A stretch of 64,000 nucleotides of DNA from Nitrosopumilus sp. (GTDB taxonomy: Archaea; Thermoproteota; Nitrososphaeria; Nitrososphaerales; Nitrosopumilaceae), in assembly GCA_965205425.1 (NCBI GenBank), contig CBDBGZ010000009.1, positions 576,001 to 640,000 on the forward strand, given 5' to 3'. The position numbers and the translations under genes were made by a program. Shown here in pieces: positions 38,104-48,199 of this stretch. The notes under the pieces are model-generated. The model was not told the origin of the DNA, did no database searches, and was given only the letters and a program-made list of their open reading frames with translations. The number at the start of each line of letters is the position of its first letter. Position 1 is the stretch's first letter.

Positions 38104-39813
38104 TTATGATTGTACTCTCATTATTCCTTCTTTAATCAAGAATTGGATTCCTTGTATGAATGAATCATCATCAATTTGTCCTGCTGCCCACCACTCTGCA
38201 TTATTTTTAATCCAGGCTGGTATGTCGTTTGAGCCAGAACCAGTTCCTTGTGAAGTTGGAGGAATTTTTAGAACATCTTCTTTAATCAAATATTGAATAC
38301 CTTGCACAAATGAACCATCATCAATTTGTCCTGCTGCCCACCACTCTGCATTATTTTTAATCCAACTTGGGATTGGTGTTTTTTCTGGAACCGAAGGAGT
38401 TGAAGTTGAAAAACCTGGACCAATTTCAATAATTGCTGAACCAATTCCGGCATAGGTTGGATCATAATCAAATCCTGTTCCATAAACTAGAATATCAACA
38501 CGTATTTGTCCTGCAGATGGAACATGAATTTTTTGTACATCTAACCCTTCAATAGATACAATTCCAGGATTTAGAGAATCTATACCATCATTTCGAGCTA
38601 TTTCATTTTCATTCTCATCTAAAACAACATATGCATATCTTACATCTTTGATCAAGTCTCTATTATCATCAAAGAAAGTGAATTCAAAAGGAATTTCTTG
38701 ATTGGCACCATATTTTCCATCCCATGCTATATTGACTGTAGTTGGAACTTGTTCGTAATTTGCAGTATCTACAAGATAAAATTCAGTAGAACTTTTTGAT
38801 GCTTCATCTAATGGAACTAATTTCAAATCCATTTGCAAATTATCATGATTTGAAGGACCAAGAGTTTCATTAATTTTTTCTAATTCATTTTTAGTAATTA
38901 AGAAATGAATAATATTGTTATCTTCTGAGGAATATGGATCATTAAGTAATGCTCTTTGATCAATTTCAACACCGTTAACATATCCTTTGAACTGCTTTCC
39001 ATCAGCATAAGGTGCAAATGTTTTTGGGACTCTGACTTCTTCATGTACTACCTGTACTAATCTAACATAGTCAGGATCCCAATCAAATGGCATATCAAAT
39101 GAAATAGAATTATCTAATTTATCAAAAGCAAAGTTATCAACATCATCATAATATGTTTTAATTACAACTGGAATTTCTTCAGCATTTGCAGTTTGGAAAG
39201 AGAAATTTTGATCTTGTGCAACACTGACAAAAGTCTCATAACTTAGTAAATTAGCTAATACAGTTTTTGGACTAGTGGCAGCTTCAATGTCAACTATAAT
39301 TTTGTATAACCCACCTTTAACAAATATTGGACCAGTAATTGACGGTCTACCACAAATATCTAAATTTTCATCATTACAGGCTTCTCCATGTACAAATAAT
39401 GCACCTGGTGCACTAACATGTTCAGAACCACCATAAATTGAACACTCATGAAGATTAATCTCATCACATCCAAACTGTGGTTTGATTTTAACATCTAATC
39501 TTCCATCCATATCATAAAACAAATTTCTAGCTAAAAGTTCGCCACTTTGCCAAACTTCTACTCTGTATGTGACTTTGTCAAGATTCTCATCAGATTCGAT
39601 ATCAAAGAAACGTATTTGCATGTTAGCCGAATCAACATCTCCTACCGTAATATCAGATGGACTCAATTGAGTACTAACAGTGACTTCCATATCACCAAAT
39701 GATAATGGTTCAGCTTGATCTCCTCCAAATCCATGTCCAAATGCATCAGGTAAAATAGTGGCAATTGAGAAAATACCAATTATTGAAACGAATAATGTAA
39801 ACTTGTTATACAA
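38104..39813 (-). CDS. Secreted protein with N-terminal His (HGFG) and two P.WIKNNA.WW repeats
   Basis: Signal peptide ...DAFG|HGFG; paralog of the 36306 and 48196 ORFs (YYD..NF..ISF.MPFDW..VVH). Confidence 0.8.
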   Translation of the reverse strand: MYNKFTLFVSIIGIFSIATILPDAFGHGFGGDQAEPLSFGDMEVTVSTQLSPSDITVGDVDSANMQIRFFDIESDENLDKVTYRVEVWQSGELLARNLFYDMDGRLDVKIKPQFGCDEINLHECSIYGGSEHVSAPGALFVHGEACNDENLDICGRPSITGPIFVKGGLYKIIVDIEAATSPKTVLANLLSYETFVSVAQDQNFSFQTANAEEIPVVIKTYYDDVDNFAFDKLDNSISFDMPFDWDPDYVRLVQVVHEEVRVPKTFAPYADGKQFKGYVNGVEIDQRALLNDPYSSEDNNIIHFLITKNELEKINETLGPSNHDNLQMDLKLVPLDEASKSSTEFYLVDTANYEQVPTTVNIAWDGKYGANQEIPFEFTFFDDNRDLIKDVRYAYVVLDENENEIARNDGIDSLNPGIVSIEGLDVQKIHVPSAGQIRVDILVYGTGFDYDPTYAGIGSAIIEIGPGFSTSTPSVPEKTPIPSWIKNNAEWWAAGQIDDGSFVQGIQYLIKEDVLKIPPTSQGTGSGSNDIPAWIKNNAEWWAAGQIDDDSFIQGIQFLIKEGIMRVQS

Positions 39814-39928
39814 TACAAAAATTGTGTTAATTCCATATTTAAAGTTGGTACAGCATTCCTACCTATGAAAATTTTTTTCCTTTGGAAAATAGAGTACAAC
39901 TTTTATTTCCGATTTTCAAAGTCAAAAC

Positions 39929-40747
39929 ATGAAATTACTTCTTGCAGTATTATTAATTCCATTATTGATTATTCCTGCATTTGCTGAATCTCAAACTTTG
40001 CCTACAGAAAAAGGAACACTAGATGTAAAATTAACACATGATGAAATAGAACCAAATATTCAAACAAAAATCAACATTGATTTTCTAAATCCACAAACAC
40101 AAAAAGTTCAAGAGCATATTGACTATACAATTTCTGTTTCCAAAGATGGTGAAAAAGTCTTTGGACCAATTCCACTAACTCACACATCAGTTGGTTCTGT
40201 AAAAATTCCAATTGAATTCAATCTTGGTGACGGTATATACACAATGGACTTTGAAATTGAAGGAATTTTATTTCAACCAATTCCAACTGAAACAGTAACA
40301 TTTGATATTGCAGTAGGTGATGCTCATGCTCAACTAACTCCTAACAATGATGTTCCACCTGTTGAAGAGAATGGTGGATGTCTAATTGCAACTGCAGCAT
40401 ATGGTTCTGAAATGGCACCACAAGTTCAACAACTCAGAGAGCTTAGAGACAATACTGTATTATCAACAGAATCTGGAATTGCTTTCATGAGTGGATTTAA
40501 TCAACTCTATTATTCATTTTCTCCCGGTGTAGCTGATCTTGAAAGAAAAAGTCCGATTTTCAAAGAAATTGTTAAAGCTGGATTAACTCCAATGTTATCA
40601 TCATTATCTTTGCTTAATCATGTTGATATTGATTCAGAGCAAGAAATGTTAGGTTACGGAATATCCATAGTACTACTAAACATCGGAATGTATGCTGGAA
40701 TTCCTGTATTTGGAATTCTAAAATTGTACCAATTTAGAAAAAATTAG
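39929..40747 (+). CDS. Secreted CFI-box-CTERM protein
   Basis: GGCLIATAAYGSEMAPQVQQLRELRDN and a C-terminal TM helix. Confidence 0.85.
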   Translation: MKLLLAVLLIPLLIIPAFAESQTLPTEKGTLDVKLTHDEIEPNIQTKINIDFLNPQTQKVQEHIDYTISVSKDGEKVFGPIPLTHTSVGSVKIPIEFNLGDGIYTMDFEIEGILFQPIPTETVTFDIAVGDAHAQLTPNNDVPPVEENGGCLIATAAYGSEMAPQVQQLRELRDNTVLSTESGIAFMSGFNQLYYSFSPGVADLERKSPIFKEIVKAGLTPMLSSLSLLNHVDIDSEQEMLGYGISIVLLNIGMYAGIPVFGILKLYQFRKN

Positions 40748-40804
40748 TTCCGTTTCTGGAATTTCCAGTGAGGTTTTTATGTATCCAACCGAGTAATTTG
40801 TCTA

Positions 40805-41689
40805 ATGAAGACTAAAGCACTTAGATCTTTCTTCGTACTATTTGCTATCGCAGCTGGTATTGTCGCTATGACACCAGGTGCATATGCAGATCATTCAGAA
40901 GTCACAATTGAAGCTGCACAGGGTTCTGGCGCACCAGGTTGTGAAGAAACTCCAGAGGGATGTTACATCCCAGGTACTGCAACAGTAGATGTTGGTGGTG
41001 TTGTTATCTTTTCAAATCCAGATAGCGCAGCACACACTTTCACATCAGGAGATCCAACAATGCCTGAAACAGTTCAGGTTCTATTCGATTCCGGTCTAGC
41101 TATGGCTGGAAGCACATTCGAATGGTCTCCAACTGAAACAGGTGAGGTTCCGTATTTCTGTATGGTTCATCCTTGGATGCAAGGAATAATCATAGTACAA
41201 GAAGTAGGAGCTGTAGAAGATGATCACGGTGACGATCATGGTGACGACGAGGGCATGCATATGCCAGAAGGCGATGCAACTGCAACCGGTATGTTATCTG
41301 ATAGTACAATGGTTTCAATCTGGGCTTCAACACCAACTGCAGGTGAAATGATGGAAATTTCCATTGAGTTTGCTGATGCAGAACATGTTAATCATGACAT
41401 CATGGTAACACAAAACGGTGAAGAAGTTTTACACGATGAAGGTGCACACCATCACGATGGTACAGGTGTACATACAACAGCAGCACTTAGTTCTTCTGAT
41501 CCAGTAGACATCACTATTACCTTCCAAGGTTATGGTGTTGATGATCCTAAAACAGGACCAATTGGTGAAGAAGTTGTATTCACAAATGTTGTCCCAGAAT
41601 TTGGTACAATTGCAATGATGATACTAGCTGTTGCAATCATAAGCATCGTAGCAGTAACTGCAAAATCTAGAGTCGTTCCAAGATTTTAG
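40805..41689 (+). CDS. Plastocyanin-like blue copper protein with His-rich linker and PEFG-CTERM
   Basis: AAHTFTSG, YFCMVHPWMQG (type-1 Cu), DDHGDDHG and VVPEFG+TM+basic tail. Confidence 0.9.
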   Translation: MKTKALRSFFVLFAIAAGIVAMTPGAYADHSEVTIEAAQGSGAPGCEETPEGCYIPGTATVDVGGVVIFSNPDSAAHTFTSGDPTMPETVQVLFDSGLAMAGSTFEWSPTETGEVPYFCMVHPWMQGIIIVQEVGAVEDDHGDDHGDDEGMHMPEGDATATGMLSDSTMVSIWASTPTAGEMMEISIEFADAEHVNHDIMVTQNGEEVLHDEGAHHHDGTGVHTTAALSSSDPVDITITFQGYGVDDPKTGPIGEEVVFTNVVPEFGTIAMMILAVAIISIVAVTAKSRVVPRF

Positions 41690-41703
41690 GAATTCCTCTT
41701 TTT

Positions 41704-42348
41704 CTATTTTCTTTTTATTAATGATACTATTGCCAATATGATAGCTGCAGCTGCAATTGACAATCCAAATATTGCATAGTCATAAGCAGCACCACCATTA
41801 GAAGTAACTTCTGTTTCTCCTGAATTTAGTTTAGAAACATCTTGTTGTAATGATGAAATTGCATTCTTTAATGCTGCAATATCAGTATCGCCACCACTAT
41901 TTGAAGGAGGAAAATCTAAGACTGCTGTAGGCTCAACATCTTCTACGGGAATTTTCACATATATAGGAACACCACGAATTTCGCCTTTGAATTCTACTAG
42001 ATAACTTCCAGTTTTAGTTGGAATGATTGGCGAGTAATAGTATCCAGGTCGTGGATCAGAATTAATATCAACTTTCTTGGTAGCACCACCATACATTACA
42101 GTAGCATCAGTACTTTTGAAAACACTAGTGACTCCATTACGAGTTCCTTCTGTTTCTCCTGCTTCAGTAATTTTGAATACAAGATCATTTCGTATTCCTA
42201 CTACAGGTGGTTCTATTCCCCATCCTGCTTCAATTTCATACGGTCCAACTTCAACAGTAGTATGTGCAAATGAGGGTACAATCATGCCTATTGAAAATAA
42301 TAATGCAATAAAGCCGAAAACTGCTATCTTCACGACCATCAATGACAA
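41704..42348 (-). CDS. Membrane-anchored secreted protein with predicted N-terminal His
   Basis: ...PSFA|HTTVEVGPYEIEAGWGIEPP; C-terminal TM. Confidence 0.75.
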   Translation of the reverse strand: MSLMVVKIAVFGFIALLFSIGMIVPSFAHTTVEVGPYEIEAGWGIEPPVVGIRNDLVFKITEAGETEGTRNGVTSVFKSTDATVMYGGATKKVDINSDPRPGYYYSPIIPTKTGSYLVEFKGEIRGVPIYVKIPVEDVEPTAVLDFPPSNSGGDTDIAALKNAISSLQQDVSKLNSGETEVTSNGGAAYDYAIFGLSIAAAAIILAIVSLIKRK

Positions 42349-42434
42349 TTCATCAGTTATTATCTTTATGTAAATTGGTACAAATTAAGAAAAAGGTAAA
42401 CTGTTTAAATTATCATAAGTGATCTTACCAACAA

Positions 42435-45209
42435 ATGAGAAAATTCCTAATAATTTTACTAGTCTTATCATTTATTTCAATTCCATTTGCAGCAGCTCAT
42501 CCATTTACTGAAGAAACTATTCCAAATTTAGGATCAAACGCACCAGTCGGAATTTCAGAAGTAATTGTATATTTTTCAGAACCAGTTGATATCAACTTTA
42601 GTGAAATCAAAGTTTTTGATAGTAGTGGAAATCAAATTGATAACAAAGATACCAATTACTATGAAGGGGAATTATCTCTAATTGTCACCACATCACCATT
42701 AGAAGATGGAGTTTATACCGCAGCAGTTAAAGTCCTATCAAAAGTTGATGGTCATTTAGTTCCAAGTGCATTCTTGTTTGGAGTTGGAGATGTTATAATA
42801 CAAGACACTAATCCCCCACTAGTAGAATCTGAAATTATTTTCTTACCAGAAGCTGGTGCAAGATTTCCTGGAATTTTAGGTCAAACCATTGTTTTAGGTG
42901 CAGTAATAGCATCACTGATCATTTGGGGCACACAAAACAAACAACTAATCAAAGAAGAATTAGACAAAGTTGAAATTTTTCATCATGGAAAATTCATGTC
43001 CATTACCGGAATAGGGTTGATGCTAGTATTCATTTCAGATATTTTGATGATTGTAGTTCAAACTGTAAGATTAGAAACTTTTCCAATTGAAGTGATTGGA
43101 ACGTATTTTGGAACCGTTTGGCTTGCTAGAATGATTATTACAATTGTTTTACTTGGTATTTGGTTTGGAATGGATAAGAAAAAGATTCTATCAAAGAAAA
43201 ATCAAATTCCCATGCTTGTTGCATCTCTAGTATTAATTTCAACTTCTAGCTTGATTGGTCATGGTGCAGCTAGTGAACAAATGGAAGCATTAGCATTAGA
43301 CTATATTCATAATTTAGTGGCAGCAGTTTGGATTGGTGGAATCATATACTTTGTTTTTACTTTACTTCCAACATTTTCTCAACTAAAGGACACAAACAGA
43401 GAAAAAATGAGCTTGGTAATGATTCCAAGATTTTCTATTGCATTTATCACCTCAATAGGTATTGTAATAATTACAGGACCTACTCTAATGTGGTTCTTAG
43501 AAACAGATGTAGGATTAATTACAGAATCAGTATTTGGCCAATTAATAATTCTCAAAATTGCAATTGCAGCAATTATGGTAGGGTTGGGAGGATATTTCCA
43601 ACTCAGAGTACAAAAAAATGCAGAAAAGAATTTTTCATTAGGTAAAATTGTGGTTTTCAAAAAACTGAAAAAATCACTTAAAGTTGATGCGGCATTAGGA
43701 ATTATTCTTCTAGGAGTTGTTGCATTACTAACTAACGGAACATTACCTGCAGGGGAAATCCAAAAAGTTGATGCTCAAGAAATTATCTATGGATTCAAAA
43801 CTATAGAATTTTCAGAAAATGCAAAATTTGATATCGATATTTCGCCATTTTCTAGTGGAACAAATACAATTCTAGTTAAAGTAAGTGATTTTGATGGAAA
43901 CCAACTTTATGATTCTGAACAGATTAGAGTAAAAATATCAAATCCATCAAAGAATATTTCTCCTATTGAAGTTCCAATATCAATAAAGAATCTCTCAGAC
44001 CCAATTCAATTCCAAGGGGAATTAACATTTGGATTTTCAGGAGAATGGTTAGTAGAGGTTGAAGCTCAAAGAACTGAGAATGCAAATGAATCAATTATGT
44101 TAAATTTACTTGTAAAACCTAGACTAGCAAATATTCAAACACAAATTATTGAATATGATTTACCTGAAGCTGCTAAACCATTATTTGCAGTATATGATGG
44201 AAAAGATTCTTTGTGGATTAGTGATGCATCTGCTCCTAGGATATGGGAATTTTCACTTGAAACAAATGAATTTACTCCATATTCATTTGATGGTTTAGTT
44301 ACAACTTTTCTAACACAAGACAACAAAGGAAATATTTGGTTTACAGATACTCCTAGAAACCAAATTGGATTTATTGACATTGAAACTAAAGAAATTACTA
44401 CTAAAACTATACCAAAACTAGATCCAGTAATTTCAGAAAATTCACCATTGTTCCTTAAAGCAGACTTTGATGATAACATTTGGATTACAATAATCAACAA
44501 AGATAAAATTCTAAAATATTTACCAGAGCAGGATATTTTTGAGGAAATTGGTCTACCTAACAAACAATCTCTTCCATTTGCATTAACATTAGATAATGAT
44601 GGAAAGATTTGGTATTCTGCTACAGGTTCTGGTAAAATTGGATTCATTGATCCTCAAAATAATCAATTAACACAAATCTCAACTGAAACAGTATTGCAAG
44701 CACCAGAAGCTTTGATTTTTGATGAAGATGGGAATCTATGGATTGCAGAGCACACAGGGTTGGCAATTACTAAATTTAATCCAATTTTAGAGACATTTAG
44801 TAAGATAGCTGTGCCTGATAAAGAGGCATTACCATTTGGTATGACATTTGACAAATATGGAAATATTTGGTTTGCACAACATACCGTAGACAGTCTAGGC
44901 GTTTATGATCCTGACAACAATGATTTGTTAGAAATTCCAGTTCCAACTGAAACTTCTTTCATTCAATTTATGGTATCAGATGGAAATGACAATGTTTGGT
45001 TTGTTGAACAGCAATCAAATAAAATTGGAACTATAAAGATGACGGAAATTCCAGTAAGTATTTCACAGATTCAAGAATCAAATGGAGTAGAAATAAAATA
45101 TACAGAACTTGCATCTCCATTAATTGCATTAGGAATTATTGCAACATCATTATTTTATGTAAAAAGCATTCAAGATAAAAGAAGATTAAATTCTTTGATT
45201 AATTCTTAG
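42435..45209 (+). CDS. CopC-CopD-beta-propeller (Vgb-like) copper uptake fusion
   Basis: AAA|HP..., FSEPVD, SKVDGH (CopC); IGHGAA, HNLVAAVWIGG, PRFS (CopD); repeated D..GNIWF blades. Confidence 0.88.
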   Translation: MRKFLIILLVLSFISIPFAAAHPFTEETIPNLGSNAPVGISEVIVYFSEPVDINFSEIKVFDSSGNQIDNKDTNYYEGELSLIVTTSPLEDGVYTAAVKVLSKVDGHLVPSAFLFGVGDVIIQDTNPPLVESEIIFLPEAGARFPGILGQTIVLGAVIASLIIWGTQNKQLIKEELDKVEIFHHGKFMSITGIGLMLVFISDILMIVVQTVRLETFPIEVIGTYFGTVWLARMIITIVLLGIWFGMDKKKILSKKNQIPMLVASLVLISTSSLIGHGAASEQMEALALDYIHNLVAAVWIGGIIYFVFTLLPTFSQLKDTNREKMSLVMIPRFSIAFITSIGIVIITGPTLMWFLETDVGLITESVFGQLIILKIAIAAIMVGLGGYFQLRVQKNAEKNFSLGKIVVFKKLKKSLKVDAALGIILLGVVALLTNGTLPAGEIQKVDAQEIIYGFKTIEFSENAKFDIDISPFSSGTNTILVKVSDFDGNQLYDSEQIRVKISNPSKNISPIEVPISIKNLSDPIQFQGELTFGFSGEWLVEVEAQRTENANESIMLNLLVKPRLANIQTQIIEYDLPEAAKPLFAVYDGKDSLWISDASAPRIWEFSLETNEFTPYSFDGLVTTFLTQDNKGNIWFTDTPRNQIGFIDIETKEITTKTIPKLDPVISENSPLFLKADFDDNIWITIINKDKILKYLPEQDIFEEIGLPNKQSLPFALTLDNDGKIWYSATGSGKIGFIDPQNNQLTQISTETVLQAPEALIFDEDGNLWIAEHTGLAITKFNPILETFSKIAVPDKEALPFGMTFDKYGNIWFAQHTVDSLGVYDPDNNDLLEIPVPTETSFIQFMVSDGNDNVWFVEQQSNKIGTIKMTEIPVSISQIQESNGVEIKYTELASPLIALGIIATSLFYVKSIQDKRRLNSLINS

Positions 45210-46017
45210 ATAATAGCCCTGCAGATTTTATTCCCATTGTTCCTGCAAGTAATCCAATTGCAACCAAAACAATAGTTCCTGCAGGAGTAATATCAAAAAT
45301 ATAAGAAATTAAAATTCCTGAAACCACTGAAAATACAGAGAAGCTCATAGAAATTATTGCAGTTTGTTTGAACCCTTTACCATACATAATTGCAGCAACA
45401 TTTGGAATTACAAATAGAGCAGAAATTAACAATACACCTACAAGTTGTATTGATGTGACTACAGTAATTCCTGCCATAAACACAATCAAATAATTTATTT
45501 TTTCTACAGGAATTCCACTGACTTTAGCTTGTTCCTCATTAAATGTAGAATAGAGAAGTTGTCTATAGAGGCTCAAAATTACAATAAGAATAATGCCAGT
45601 TAAAGATAAGATTAGAACTGTATCATCTACACTAACAAGTAGAATACTACCAAATAGAAAACTAAAGATGTCAATTGTAAAACCTCCAGATAATCCAATA
45701 ATTACAAGCCCAACTGCTATGCCTGAAGATAACAGTACAGCAATAGATGCATCTCCAGATATGTTATATCGATCTTTAATTTTTGTAATTATTAATGCAC
45801 TAGCAATTGAAACTCCATAGGCTGTCCATAATGGATAAATGCCTGCAAGTAATCCTAATGCAATTCCACCAAATGATGAATGCGCAATTGCATCACCAAA
45901 TAGTGAATATCGTCTCAAAACTAGAAACAGTCCTACTACAGAACAAAGAATCGCAATAGCAATACCAGAAATTAAGGCTCTATGCATAAAACTAAAAGTT
46001 AGAATTTCAAAAGACAT
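45199..46017 (-). CDS. znuB: Zn/Mn ABC transporter permease
   Basis: GDAIAHSSFGG, FLFGSIL and VGVLLISALFVIP. Confidence 0.88.
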   Translation of the reverse strand: MSFEILTFSFMHRALISGIAIAILCSVVGLFLVLRRYSLFGDAIAHSSFGGIALGLLAGIYPLWTAYGVSIASALIITKIKDRYNISGDASIAVLLSSGIAVGLVIIGLSGGFTIDIFSFLFGSILLVSVDDTVLILSLTGIILIVILSLYRQLLYSTFNEEQAKVSGIPVEKINYLIVFMAGITVVTSIQLVGVLLISALFVIPNVAAIMYGKGFKQTAIISMSFSVFSVVSGILISYIFDITPAGTIVLVAIGLLAGTMGIKSAGLLSKN

Positions 46018-46019
46018 GA

Positions 46020-46742
46020 TTAATGATGATGCATGTGTTCCTGCATTGAAGCTTCAGAGTATTGTTTCACTAATTCATCATCTGAAAAGAATTTTTCAGA
46101 TTCACCATGAAAGAATAAAGTTCTATTCAAACATGCAACATGATTTGCTAGTTGATTTACTGCATCCAAATCATGAGATGACCAAATGATTGTAATTTTT
46201 TGTTTAGAATTTAGTTCACGTAAAATACTGTAAAATAGATCAATGCTTTGTTGATCAATTCCTGTTACTGGTTCATCTAAAATTAAAATTTTCGGATTAT
46301 TTACCAAAGCTTTTGCAATAAAGACACGTTGCTGTTGACCTCCAGATAGTTCTCCAATTCGTCTATCACGTAGTTCATGTATCCACAACTGTTGCAAAAT
46401 CTCATCAATTTTATTTTCATCAGATTCATTTGTTATACCCATTCGGACGACATCATTTACAGTTACAGGAAAATTTTTTTCAAATATTGGTTTTTGTGGT
46501 ACATATCCAATTTGTTTAAGATATTTTTTTGATTTTTTGATTTCCTCACCAAAAAATTTGATTGTACCTTCATATCTTGTGTAAAGTCCCAACATTGATG
46601 AAAATAGTGTAGATTTTCCTGCTCCGTTAGGACCTATTATGCCTAGAAAATCACCTTCATTGACCTCAAAACTGACATTATCAAGTGCCTTGACATCAGG
46701 GTATTTTACTGTAAGATTTTTGATTTCTACGACTTTCAACAC
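46020..46742 (-). CDS. znuC: Zn/Mn ABC transporter ATPase
   Basis: GPNGAGKST, GYVPQK, LSGGQQQRV, LDEP and a His tail. Confidence 0.9.
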   Translation of the reverse strand: MLKVVEIKNLTVKYPDVKALDNVSFEVNEGDFLGIIGPNGAGKSTLFSSMLGLYTRYEGTIKFFGEEIKKSKKYLKQIGYVPQKPIFEKNFPVTVNDVVRMGITNESDENKIDEILQQLWIHELRDRRIGELSGGQQQRVFIAKALVNNPKILILDEPVTGIDQQSIDLFYSILRELNSKQKITIIWSSHDLDAVNQLANHVACLNRTLFFHGESEKFFSDDELVKQYSEASMQEHMHHH

Positions 46743-47725
46743 AATGCTTCCTTAAGATTTTCAAGATTCTCATTCATCTTAGAAATATAGGTTCCATCTG
46801 TAACAACTTCTAATGGTGACAGTATCAATACTTTACCACCTATTTCATCAGCAATAATTTCAGAAGTTTTTTGATTTACAGCTTCTTCACTGAAAATAAC
46901 TTTAATGTTAAGCTCTTTTGCTTCTGAAATTACTTTTTCTAATGTTCTTGCCGAAGCTTCACCATGTGGATTATTTGAAGAGAGTATAGTATGTTGTGTT
47001 AATTCATACTCATCTGCAAAATATGAAAATGCATCATGGAAAGCTATGAAATCACTTTTACAAGATGATAACTCTGTACGAATTTTTGAGTCAAGGTCAT
47101 CTAATTGTTTTACGTATGCAGCTGCATTTTTTTGGTAAAATTCTCTATTTTCAGGATCTGAATTTGAAAATCCGTTTGCAATATTTTGAACTTGAGTTTT
47201 AGCAAGTACTGGATTTAACCAAATATGAGGATCTCCTAAGCTGTGATTATGTTTGTCATTTGACTCTTCTTCATGTTCTTCTTCATGTTCTTCTTCATGT
47301 TCTTCTTCATGTTCTTCTTCATGTTCTTCTTCATGTTCTTCTTCATGACTTTCAACTAAAATTCCATTACTAGTATCAATAATTATTCCAGAAAAATCAT
47401 TGTTTTCTAAACTTTCAACCCATGTTTCAAAACCAATTCCATTAATAATTATAAGATCTGCTGATTGCATTTTTTGGACATCTTTAATTGTTGGTTCCCA
47501 ATCATGTGGTTCTACACCAATTGGAGTAAGCAGGATTGCGTCAATTTTCTCTTGTCCAATTTTTTGAGAGAATTCATGAAGAGGATAAAACGATGAAATT
47601 ACTTTGAGTTTTGAATTTTCAATAACGTCTGAATTTTTTACAGAATCAGTCCCATAAACTGCAAACACAGCAAGAGGAATTACCACGATAATAGCAATAA
47701 TTGCCATCTTGCTTTGACTATTCAT
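46736..47725 (-). CDS. znuA: Zn ABC transporter substrate-binding protein with (HEEE)7 loop
   Basis: EPHDWEP, DPHIWLNP and FHDAFSYF; likely start 47725. Confidence 0.9.
   Translation of the reverse strand: MNSQSKMAIIAIIVVIPLAVFAVYGTDSVKNSDVIENSKLKVISSFYPLHEFSQKIGQEKIDAILLTPIGVEPHDWEPTIKDVQKMQSADLIIINGIGFETWVESLENNDFSGIIIDTSNGILVESHEEEHEEEHEEEHEEEHEEEHEEEHEEESNDKHNHSLGDPHIWLNPVLAKTQVQNIANGFSNSDPENREFYQKNAAAYVKQLDDLDSKIRTELSSCKSDFIAFHDAFSYFADEYELTQHTILSSNNPHGEASARTLEKVISEAKELNIKVIFSEEAVNQKTSEIIADEIGGKVLILSPLEVVTDGTYISKMNENLENLKEALC
47264..47347. repeat. 12-bp tandem repeat (TTCTTCTTCATG) x7 encoding HEEE
   Basis: Seen directly; the first unit has one mismatch. Confidence 0.95.
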
Positions 47726-47743
47726 GACCAAAAACAATCTAAA

Positions 47744-47805
47744 TTATTAATAAACCTATAAAATCTTAATAAGATTTATTGCTAAACTTATAAGCTAATT
47801 AATAA
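47744..47805. promoter_or_regulatory. Candidate operator in the znuA/nikR divergent promoter
   Basis: Perfect 8-1-8 palindrome AAATCTTA-A-TAAGATTT (47761-47777) and three TTAATAA boxes; the region is very AT-rich. Confidence 0.35.
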
Positions 47806-47815
47806 CATTAGGCAT

Positions 47816-48199
47816 ATGCCAATAGTCTCAATCTCATTAAATGATGAAATTCTATCAGAATTAGACAAGCTTCAATCATCTATGGGGTTTTCTGGTAGGT
47901 CAGAAGCTATCAGAGCAGGAATCCGATCGTTTGTTTCTGAAGAAAAACAAAAAGCAGATTTGGAAGGAAATATTCACGCGATTCTTTTGGTAGTACACAA
48001 TGATGAATTTGATCATATAGTTTCAGGCATCACACATAATTTTGAAGATCTAATTACAACTCACCTTCATAGTAAAATTGAGAAAGAGAAATGTATGGAG
48101 CTTTTTCTAATTGATGGTGATGCAGAAAAAGTATCTACCATGACAAAAGATTTTCAGACAAATAAAAACATGGATACAGTAAAGTTAGTTGCACTTTAG
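47816..48199 (+). CDS. NikR/CopG-family metal-responsive regulator
   Basis: RHH IVSISL..SGRSEAIR plus metal site H...THLHSKI...CMELF. Confidence 0.88.
   Translation: MPIVSISLNDEILSELDKLQSSMGFSGRSEAIRAGIRSFVSEEKQKADLEGNIHAILLVVHNDEFDHIVSGITHNFEDLITTHLHSKIEKEKCMELFLIDGDAEKVSTMTKDFQTNKNMDTVKLVAL

Noticed and set aside
38140..38375. Internal direct repeat as a mobile or recombination site
   Set aside because: It encodes the two in-frame [17 protein letters not shown] protein repeats common in thaumarchaeal surface proteins
47264..47347. CRISPR or non-coding repeat
   Set aside because: Spacer-less tandem repeat in frame within znuA
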